This document shows, piece after piece, positions 22,364-32,000 of a stretch of DNA of 32,000 nt; positions within the stretch are counted from its first letter, which is position 1, and the number at the start of each line of letters is the position of its first letter. Source of the DNA: Candidatus Saccharimonadota bacterium (GTDB taxonomy: Bacteria > Patescibacteriota > Gracilibacteria > Absconditabacterales > Absconditicoccaceae); NCBI GenBank assembly GCA_000503875.1, contig CP006913.1, positions 60,001-92,000 of the forward strand. The letters run 5' to 3'. A program made the position numbers and the translations under genes. The notes beneath the pieces are model-generated. The model was not told the DNA's origin. It worked only from the letters and a program-made list of their open reading frames with translations, and did no database searches.

Positions 22364-23350
22364 TTATTCAGCGCTTTCTACCTCCTTAAGCTGTTGGCAA
22401 ACTGACCTAAAAGTACATCAGATGCATTTTTTTCCACTACTGGTTCTCGTAAATGCGGTATGGTTTAGTGGTTGGTTTCTCTCGGCATCTTGTTCTACAA
22501 GGAATTGCTTTTGATATTCAACATCTTCCAAAATTTTTGTGATAATATTGTCTATATCTTCTTGTTGAATAGTTCCTGATTTTTCGTGCAATGATGGGAG
22601 ATAAACTTCGTAAACATCGATATGACGATTTTCAATTTGAGTATTTTTTTGTTTTAATAAAATTTTGAGTGCATACATACGTAATTGATCAGTAATTCCA
22701 GAGACATCTAGACTCTCTTTTCCTGATTTCCAATCTAAGATAAGGTAATTATTATCACCAAACATCAATCAAAAATCTGGACTTGCCAATATAGATATAT
22801 TTTCGAGTCATGGAATATGGCGTACATCAACTTTCATCATTTCAAAATTCGGACGACGAGGATCTTCTATATAAATATGATGTCATTTACGAAATCGTTG
22901 TTCAATACGTTTGTGGTAATCACTTGCTATAAATGCTTCAAGATTGGCAACAATTTTTTGGATAACTGGAGCAAGAGCGCTATCGTCAATTTCTTTATAG
23001 AAATGTTCTGATAATCAAAATTCTACAAAATCTGTATAATCATTGGCTTTTGATATAGCAAATGTTTCTTCCATTCCTTTACTAACAAGATCAATAATAG
23101 CGTTTTTATTTGGAATAGGTCCATTATCTAGAATATGTTTTTTGAGTTCAAAAAGATACAAAGAAAGTATTTTATGGGTCATTTCTCACATCCACATATC
23201 CAAGCTTTTGAGCTTTCTAAGAATTTTAGTGGTTTTCCAAAGTTCAGGATATTTTCTTTTGAGTCCATCACTGTAATAGGTAAAAAAATATTTCTTTTGA
23301 CAATATTCCAAAACCGTAATTCTAGTGTTTGACCAAGAAAGTGATGTCAT
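22364..23350 (-). CDS. PD-(D/E)XK nuclease, Cas4/RecB-like, with 4-Cys (Fe-S type) cluster, 328 aa
   Basis: Track ORF 22418..22768 was extended in both directions, and the frame was checked codon by codon. The N-terminus is MTSLSWSNTRITVLEYCQKKYFFTYY (first Cys). The nuclease core is SPDFG...YLILDWKSGK...QLRMYAL. The C-terminus is GKKCI-G-CTFRSVC (CxxCx5C, with the Gly encoded by TGA at 22418-22420). The stop is TAA at 22364-22366. Confidence 0.75.
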
Positions 23351-23440
23351 GGCGATAGAGAGAAAGATAAATTATCATAAAGAATAGAAAATCTAGAGGC
23401 TTTTGCAAGGAAAAGTCAGAAATAAAAAAGTTTTTTTTAC

Positions 23441-23485
23441 TTGAAAAAAAAACCAATTATCGTATACAATGTCAAATGTGACATT
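23441..23485 (+). promoter_or_regulatory. Candidate ppdK promoter with an overlapping perfect inverted repeat
   Basis: TTGAAA (23441-23446), a spacer of 16-18 nt, then TATACA/TACAAT (23463-23470). Immediately overlapping is AATGTCA (23468-23474), N4, TGACATT (23479-23485), a perfect 7-bp inverted repeat. It ends 34 nt upstream of ATG 23519. Confidence 0.4.
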
Positions 23486-23518
23486 CGTCAGATTTTTTTA
23501 TTTGCTTAGAAAAAACAT

Positions 23519-26152
23519 ATGTGCTTGTTTAAAAAGAAAAAAAAGTATGTATATTCCTTTGATGAAGCTAGAGGAATAGGAAAAGACATACTTGGTGGAA
23601 AAGGAGCAAATCTCGCTGAAATGGTATCTATGGGATTACCAATCCCTCAAGGATTTACAATCTCTACGGAAGCTTGTGATTTATACTACAAAAACAACAA
23701 AAGTAATTCTCAAGAAGTTTTGGCTGAAATAGAAGCAAAACTCCAAAAATTAGAAAAACAAACAGGTAAAAAACTTGGAGATTCTCAAGATCCTCTTTTG
23801 GTTTCTGTAAGATCTGGAGCAAAAGATTCTATGCCTGGAATGATGGATACTGTTTTGAATCTAGGACTTAACGATGAATCTGTTGAAGGACTTATCAAAA
23901 AAACAAACAATCCAAGATTTGCATGGGATAGTTATAGAAGATTTATCCAAATGTTCGGTGATGTGGTAATGGAAGTTCCTCACCACGATTTTGAACATGC
24001 ATTGCAATCAGTTAAAACAGAAAAATGAGTAAAATTAGATACAGAACTTGACACAGAAGATCTTAAAAAAGTTGTGAAACTCTATAAAGAAGCTGTTCAA
24101 AAAGCTACAGGAAAAATGTTTCCAAATAGCGGAAGAGAACAATTGGAAATGTCTATTAACGCCGTTTTCGGTTCTTGGAATAATGACAGAGCTATTATTT
24201 ATAGAAAATTAAATGATATCAAAGGATTGCTTGGAACTGCAGTAAATGTACAAGCAATGGTATTTGGAAATATGGGAGAAACTTCAGGTACGGGAGTATG
24301 TTTTACCAGAAATCCATCAACCGGAGAAAATAAATTTTACGGAGAATATTTGATGAATGCACAAGGTGAAGACGTAGTTGCAGGTATCAGAACGCCATTA
24401 GAAATCGCTGAACTTGATAAACAAATGCCAGATTGCTACAAAGAATTAGTAGAAATCTATCATGGGTTAGAAAAACATTACAAAGATATGCAAGATATGG
24501 AATTTACTATTCAAGAAGGTAAACTCTACATCCTTCAAACAAGAAATGGAAAAAGAACTGCTGCTGCAGCTGTTAAAATGGCTGTTGATATGGTAGCTGA
24601 AGGATTGATTGATGAAAAGACAGCAATCTTGAGAGTGAAACCAGAACAATTAGATGCTTTGCTTCACAAACAAATTGAAGCTAGTGGAAAGAAAACAGCA
24701 GATCTTTTGACAAAAGGACTTCCAGCATCACCAGGTGCTGCGGTTGGACAAATCGTTTTTACTGCTGAAGCTGCTCATGATCGAGCTGAAGAAGGTAAAA
24801 AAGTAGTTCTTGTAAGAACGGAAACATCACCAGAAGACATTCAAGGAATGCATGCATCTCAAGGTATCTTGACAGCTAGAGGAGGTATGACCTCTCATGC
24901 TGCTGTAGTTGCAAGAGGAATGGGAAAATGTTGTGTTGCTGGAGCAAGTGAAATTACAGTAGATGAAAAAGCCAAAACACTTATTATCAATGGAAAAACA
25001 TATAATGAAGGAGATATGATGACTTTGGACGGTTCAACAGGAGAAGTTTTTGCTGGAGCACTCAAAGTAGTAGACCCTGAATTAAGTGGTGATTTCGGTA
25101 CTTTGATGTCATGGGCAGACAAATATAGAACAATGGGAGTGAGAACAAATGCTGATACTCCACATGATGCTGAAGTTGCGAGAAAATTCGGTGCTGAAGG
25201 TATCGGACTTTGTAGAACAGAACACATGTTCTTCGCTGAAGATAGAATTAAAGCAGTTAGAGAAATGATCTTGTCTGATAATCTTGATGGAAGAAAGAAG
25301 GCGCTTGCAAAATTGCTTCCTTTCCAAAAAGAAGATTTCGTAGGATTATTTAGAGCTATGGAAGGTTTCCCAGTAACAATCAGATTTTTGGATCCTCCTT
25401 TGCATGAATTCTTGCCAACTGCAGAAGAAGATATCGTGGAACTTTCAAAAGAGATGAATGTTGATCTTAATAAGCTTAAGGAAAGAATTGATAGTCTTCA
25501 TGAGTTCAACCCAATGCTTGGACACAGAGGATGTAGATTGGTTATTACCTATCCAGAAATTGGAGAAATGCAAACAGAAGCAGTGATTTCAGCTGCATGC
25601 GAACTTGCAAAAGAAGGTAAAAAAATAATTCCTGAAATAATGATTCCATTGGTTGGATTCAAACAAGAATTAGATTTTAATCTGAATATTGTTCATAGAG
25701 TCGCTAAAGAAACTATGGCTAAATACAATACAACGATCGAATACAAAGTAGGAACTATGATCGAAGTACCTAGAGGTGCAGTTACTGCTGATAAGATTGC
25801 TGAATCAGCTGAATTCTTCTCATTCGGAACAAATGACCTTACACAAATGAGTCTTGGTTTCTCAAGAGATGATGCAGGTAAATTTATCAAAGAATATGTA
25901 AACCAAAATATCTTCGAAAAGGATCCATTCCAAACATTGGATCAAGAAGGAGTAGGTGAACTAGTAAAGATGGCTGTAGAAAAAGGTAGAAAAACAAGAC
26001 CAAACATCAAACTAGGAATCTGTGGTGAACATGGCGGAGATCCAGAGTCAGTTAAATTTTGTCATAGAATCGGATTGACGTATGTAAGTTGCTCTCCATT
26101 TAGAGTACCTATCGCAAGATTAGCAGCCGCACACGCAGCATTAAATAAATAA
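23519..26152 (+). CDS. ppdK: Pyruvate, phosphate dikinase, 877 aa
   Basis: Track ORFs 23519..24028 and 24074..26152 share a frame and are split by a single TGA (24026-24028). That codon falls at ...[18 protein letters not shown], where Clostridium symbiosum PPDK has EEK-G-VHFDTDLTADDLK as I recall it. Also present are [10 protein letters not shown], the catalytic [22 protein letters not shown], and [12 protein letters not shown]...[10 protein letters not shown]. The stop is TAA at 26150-26152. Confidence 0.97.
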
Positions 26153-26165
26153 TAAAATAACAAAA

Positions 26166-26193
26166 AAAAGACGCCCGTAAGGACGTCTTTTTT
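26166..26193. terminator. Bidirectional intrinsic terminator between convergent ppdK and dnaK
   Basis: AAAAGACGCC, loop CGTAA, GGACGTCTTTT (stem with one bulged base). It is flanked by an A8 run upstream and a T6 run downstream, so both strands see a hairpin followed by a U-tract. Confidence 0.75.
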
Positions 26194-26206
26194 CTATAAA
26201 ACTATT

Positions 26207-28096
<1,890 letters not shown>

Positions 28097-28145
28097 AATA
28101 AAATATAATAAATAAAAAGGGTGTCACGAAAACATAACGCGTGCT

Positions 28146-28173
28146 ATATTAATTATTTTTTTTGAAATTTCAA
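28146..28173 (-). promoter_or_regulatory. Candidate dnaK promoter whose -35 lies within a 12-bp perfect palindrome
   Basis: On the minus strand: TTGAAA (complement of 28168-28173), a 16-nt spacer, then TAATAT (complement of 28146-28151). The -35 is half of the palindrome TTGAAATTTCAA (28162-28173). Confidence 0.35.
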
Positions 28174-28315
28174 GTTTTTTGTCACTTTTTTGACTTGGGT
28201 GCTATATCTTTTATTATATTATAAAAAAACAGAGTATTAATAATTGACAAAACCACAATAAAATCTGACTTTAAAACCTAGATATACATATTTACAAAAA
28301 TAGACTTGACTTTTG

Positions 28316-28324
28316 TGCTAAAAT
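28316..28324 (+). promoter_or_regulatory. Candidate extended -10 element (TGCTAAAAT) upstream of the 28384 gene
   Basis: The TGnTAAAAT motif lies about 60 nt upstream of ATG 28384. Related TGCTATAT(T/C) motifs occur at 28142-28150 and 28200-28208. Confidence 0.3.
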
Positions 28325-28383
28325 AAATAAATTATAAATCGAGGTAGTTAAATAAAAGTGTAAACTAAAAAAATTGACAAGAT

Positions 28384-28971
28384 ATGAAGAAACTAATGTA
28401 TTTGGTTTCCACATTGATTATAATCAGTTTGGTAACCCCTGTTTTTGCACAGGTAGAAGCAACAGACACCACAGGATGGGCTACTGCAATTAATTGGTCT
28501 AACAATTCAAAAAGAGACCTAAAGAAGCAAGTTAGCAAAAAAATGAACGAAGAATTAAAGAAGTACGCTGAAAAGTGGACTAAAGAATTCCTTGATCAAC
28601 CTAGGAAAACGGCCATTGAAAAAGTAGCAATTGATTTAAAAATCATTGCCGAACAATTCCATAAATTATATGCTGCAGCCTCAGCTGCATATATATTAGG
28701 AAAAAAGGGTTACTTCCAGAAGGAAGAAGTTGAGCCATTTCCTTTCGATCCTCGAGAAGAAGTTGATAAAGAAAATTATCTTATCGGCGAATTCTTATAC
28801 GAAGAGAGAGAAGGTTTGCGCTATTATATTAGCCAAGGGAATAGAGGTCTTTCAAACTACCTCGATGCCCCATCTTACTTAGTGACGGGAAATCGTAAAG
28901 TCAAAGGTGGTCAACAGATCATCAATGAATACGCAGCCCAGATCGTAAGAAGGTGGGAAAATGCTTATTAG
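28384..28971 (+). CDS. Hypothetical secreted protein, 195 aa
   Basis: Intact track ORF with no TGA. The signal peptide is MKKLMYLVSTLIIISLVTPVFA-QVEA. It is followed by a GC-rich hairpin terminator. I recognised no domain. Confidence 0.8.
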   Translation: MKKLMYLVSTLIIISLVTPVFAQVEATDTTGWATAINWSNNSKRDLKKQVSKKMNEELKKYAEKWTKEFLDQPRKTAIEKVAIDLKIIAEQFHKLYAAASAAYILGKKGYFQKEEVEPFPFDPREEVDKENYLIGEFLYEEREGLRYYISQGNRGLSNYLDAPSYLVTGNRKVKGGQQIINEYAAQIVRRWENAY

Positions 28972-28989
28972 ATTCTATTCCTTTTTTTT

Positions 28990-29018
28990 GAAGCCCGTCC
29001 ATTATTTGGACGGGCTTT
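28990..29018. terminator. Hairpin terminator between the convergent 28384..28971 and patatin genes
   Basis: GAAGCCCGTCC (28990-29000), loop ATTATTT, GGACGGGCTTT (29008-29018). There is a T8 run just upstream on the plus strand and TTTCT downstream. The patatin stop (29026-29028) lies 8 nt away. Confidence 0.65.
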
Positions 29019-29025
29019 CTCGTAT

Positions 29026-29802
29026 CTAAAATTTTTTCATTCCATCTTCATATCACATATCAAAAATAGTTTTCATTTTCTTTTTATTAGTACTCAAAAC
29101 AGGAATATCTAAATCTCTATAAAATAAATTATCTACCAAATCAAATTTTTCACTATCTCTAGCTCTCATCAATATTTCATAACTCAATGAAAGATTATCA
29201 AGAATCGAAGCTGTTTTTTGATTTTCTATAAATTTATTGAGAAATATTCAAATAATATGATTAGATGGATGGTCTTTCTTTGCTAGGTCTACAGGAAAAT
29301 TGTTGATAAGACCTCCATCCATCAGTGTATTTCATTCAAACGAAATTGGCGGAAAGACGCCCGGAATAGACATACTTCCAAGGAGAGGAATAATCAGATT
29401 GTCTTTTTTATAAAGTATATATTTACCCTTATTACAATCTGTCACTCCAATAGCCAAAGGAATTGTTAATTCTCAAAAACTTTTGGGTAAGTCTTCTACA
29501 AAGATTTTGTGTATAAAGTCATTTTTTAATAGGCTTTTTTTGGAAAGGAGATTTAGTGTTTTGAATCCAAAAAGTGATGTTTTAGAAAATCTTTCAAAGA
29601 TCCAATCCGCAGAATATCCAGCACTTCGATAAGCGCCCAAAATGGCTCCTGCACTAACGCCATAGAGCATAGAAATATTTTTTTTCATACCACGTTCTTC
29701 TAGTGCTTTCAAAATTCCTAATGCATAAAATCATCTTACTCCGCCTCAAGAAATAACCAAGGTATAACGTTTTTTTCAAAATAATTTATGAAGAAGGTGC
29801 AT
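29026..29802 (-). CDS. Patatin-like phospholipase, 258 aa
   Basis: Track ORF 29473..29712 was extended in both directions. The oxyanion motif is VIS-G-GGVR-G-FYALG, with both flanking Gly encoded by TGA (29746-29748 and 29731-29733). The nucleophile elbow is G-V-S-A-G-A. The catalytic Asp motif is LMDGGLINNFPV. The start is ATG 29800-29802. The stop is TAG at 29026-29028. Confidence 0.88.
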
Positions 29803-29817
29803 CAAAAAAATTAGAAT

Positions 29818-30867
29818 TTAAAGCATATGTTCTTGTTGCAAAATCCCAACCACACCAATCATAGCTGCATTATCAGTTGAATATATTTTTTTAGTAGGTT
29901 TAACCAAAGAAAAATTCAGATTTATATAATTTTTATGTTTAATTAATCCATTAGCATATTCCCAAAGTCTATCATTTGCAGAAACTCATCATGAAATCCC
30001 CAAAGTTTTTGCTCCATATTTAAGTCAGGCTCTCGCCAGTTTCTTTGCCAATACCTCAACAACAGATTCTTGAAATTCATAAGCAATCTCACAAATCAGA
30101 TCTTCTGTCAGCGCTATATTTTGTTGTTCAAAATTTTTTAATAAGATGGAAACTTGGCTTTTCATTCACGAAAAACTAAAATCAAAGGATTCTTTCGCAA
30201 GAAAAATTCTTTTAAAACTAACGGCATTATCCAATATATCGCATTTGTTACATTCTACATATTCCAGAAGTTTTGTTTTATGCTTTTGAGCCATTTCTCC
30301 AATCCAAACTCATCCTGGGTAAGGACCGCCAAGCATCCTTGAAACCTTATCAAAACATTCACCAGCTGCATCGTCCAATGTTTTTCCTAGATGTTCTATG
30401 TGAAATTTATTTTGGTCCTCCGTGATAAAATATAAATCATTATGTCCACCACTTGCTGTGAGGACAACCATAGGAAATTCAATATCAGTTTTGTTTCTTT
30501 CCAAAAGTAAGGAAAAAATATGTCCATAAATATGGTTCACTTCGTATAAAGGTTTATTATATCGCTTGGCAAGAGTCGCTCCGACAGCTTTCCCTACCAC
30601 GAGTGATCCAGGAAGTCCTGGGTGGGTAGTTACACTGATAGTATCCACATTCTCGATTTCTCCCCACCCAACTGCGTGTAACACTCACAATATTTTTTCG
30701 CTATGTAATCTCGAAGCAATTTCAGGCATTACTCAACCATATTTTTGATGATCAGGCACTTGAGAGTAAGCGAGGAGTTGGTCAACAGAAAAATGATCTC
30801 CATCAAAGGAAATTATCCCAATCGATGTATCGTCACAGCTTGTTTCTATTGCCAAGGTTTTGATCAT
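29818..30867 (-). CDS. tsaD: tRNA N6-adenosine threonylcarbamoyltransferase TsaD, 349 aa
   Basis: Track ORF 30310..30684 was extended in both directions. The N-terminus is MIKTLAIETSCDDTSIGI. Also present are YG-G-VMPEIASRLH (TGA at 30733-30735), VTTHPGLPGSLVVG, HIYGHIF, ASGGHN, FSFSGMKS, GISGGVSAN and STDNAAMIG. The stop is TAA at 29818-29820, 15 nt before the patatin start. Confidence 0.92.
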
Positions 30868-30970
30868 GGTATTAATGTTTATATATTGAAACATATTAAG
30901 TTGATTTTTATTTATTCGCTCCGCTGGGATACTTTTTGCTACCAGGTCAAAAAGTAACCAAAAACCCCTC

Positions 30971-31013
30971 GTGAGCTGTTACATTTTCTTAACCTAAAAA
31001 TGTAAACGCTCAC
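30971..31013 (-). terminator. Long-stem intrinsic terminator downstream of the nrdG-like gene
   Basis: GTGAGCTGTTACATTTT (30971-30987), a loop of about 8 nt, then AAAATGTAAACGCTCAC, giving 15 of 17 paired positions. On the minus strand it is followed by GAGGGGTTTTTGG. It begins about 20 nt after the TAA at 31034-31036. Confidence 0.6.
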
Positions 31014-31033
31014 CTATTTTAATAGTTTGTTTC

Positions 31034-31744
31034 TTACTTCCTAATTCCAACATGATCTACATATTTTTCTGCGATGATTTTAAATTCTTCGAGTTCTTCT
31101 TCATTAAACGGTTGTCCTCAGAAATTAGGATCCAAGGTATTCCCTCCGATATAGTTTTGTAAATAATAATGTTTTGCTCCTCTAATAAAATGCGCCATAC
31201 TTTCGATATCATCAGCGGTATGCATACCTTTGATTACGGTTGTTCTATATTCATATTCTATATTTCCTTCCAATAACATCTGTAATAACTTTTGATAGCT
31301 CAAGAAAAATTCTGGTTTTTGTGGTAAACCAACAGCATCGTCATAACTATAAATAGCATGTTTGAGATCGATCGCAACATAATCCAAAATTCCATCCTGA
31401 ATCATTCTTTTGACTATTTTATAATCTCTTCCGTTTGTATCGAGTTTTACTTTAAATCCCATAGATTTAATTCTTTTTGCAACATCATACAAATCTGTCT
31501 GCAATGTAGGTTCTCAACCACAAATACTAACTCCATCCAAAAATCATTTTCTGCTTTCCAAAAAATTGAAAAAAACTTCTTCAGGAATAAGGTCATTTTT
31601 GAAGAGCATCATTTTTTCTGGAAGCACACATTCTGGATTATGACAAAAATGACAACGAAAATTACATCATTGCGTAAAAATAACACAAGCTATGTGTCAT
31701 GGATAGTCGACTAATGTTGATTTTTGGATTCAGGCTATATGCAT
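31034..31744 (-). CDS. nrdG: Radical-SAM activating enzyme, anaerobic ribonucleotide reductase activase (NrdG) family, 236 aa
   Basis: Track ORF 31118..31504 was extended in both directions through TGAs. The N-terminus is MHIAGIQKSTLVDYPGHIACVIFTQGCNFRCHFCHNPE (CxxxCxxC radical-SAM cluster in the NrdG-type context). Also present are GVSICGGEPT and KLDTNG. The stop is TAA at 31034-31036. Confidence 0.75.
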
Positions 31745-31795
31745 AATTTCTTTGTAAGGATTGCTATGTTATCTTCAATCTAAAATCCTGTTTTT

Positions 31796-32000
31796 TTATA
31801 TAGAGCTTGCTATGATTTTTATCCTTTCGATAGCTTTATCAATATTTCTCATTCCCTGTCCTACAGGATAGAAGGTAGGATATACCTTATATTTTATTCA
31901 ATGTATTTCAAATTGTTCATAATCATTTTTTTGATAGTCAGAAACCTTGATATTTTTTCTCAGCAACAAAGAACTTACTTGATTCCCAAACGAAACAATA
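31796..32000 (-). CDS. 3' end of an unidentified gene (last 67 codons plus stop); the 5' part lies beyond the window
   Basis: The minus frame is open from the window edge to TAA at 31796-31798, with one TGA. It reads ...IVSFGNQVSSLLLRKNIKVSDYQKNDYEQFEIHGIKYKVYPTFYPVGQGMRNIDKAIERIKIIASSI. I recognised no motif. Confidence 0.5.

Noticed and set aside
30868-30970. The region between tsaD and the nrdG terminator as a possible small RNA or tRNA.
   Set aside because: I could fold no cloverleaf or conserved structured-RNA motif beyond a 4-bp CTGG/CCAG pairing. It most likely just contains the tsaD promoter.
31796-32000. Partial gene upstream of the NrdG-like activase as the C-terminus of anaerobic ribonucleotide reductase NrdD.
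   Set aside because: The visible 67 residues lack the glycyl-radical RVCGY-type motif and the C-terminal Cys/Zn motif expected there. It is left as unidentified.

Overview
This is a strongly AT-rich bacterial window that reads correctly only if TGA encodes glycine (translation table 25, used by Gracilibacteria/BD1-5 and Absconditabacteria/SR1, both CPR/Patescibacteria). The supplied standard-code ORF track breaks almost every gene at in-frame TGA codons. Several of those TGAs fall exactly on invariant Gly residues: DnaK GIDL-G-TTNS, FtsK Walker A GAT-G-SGKS, patatin G-GGVR-G, PPDK EK-G-VKLDT, histidine kinase RTPLN-G-II-G-F, RNase Y A-G-LLHDIGK and TsaD YG-G-VMPE.

Re-reading by hand with only TAA/TAG as stops gives 19 complete CDS and 1 partial CDS.
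- **Housekeeping genes:** rny, gatA, ftsK, ppdK, dnaK, tsaD and an nrdG-like radical-SAM activase.
- **Accessory genes:** a PAS histidine kinase, a Cas4/RecB-like PD-(D/E)XK nuclease with a 4-Cys cluster, a patatin-like lipase, a SiaC/DUF1987-like protein and several orphans.

The most notable region is a ~14.9 kb co-directional minus-strand block (about 3178..18053). It runs from a perfect extended -10 element to a GAAA-tetraloop terminator and has no evident internal terminators. It encodes, in order:
- a 1,723-aa orphan giant protein with no signal peptide;
- three Sec-signal proteins of 359, 617 and 1,490 aa that share a CGDG...ECDDG...C Cys-rich module and DUF11-like repeats;
- a PAS histidine kinase with no response regulator in the window;
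- a small Thr-rich membrane protein.

I found no rRNA, tRNA, CRISPR array or mobile element. All domain calls come from motif recognition by eye. No alignments or searches were run.
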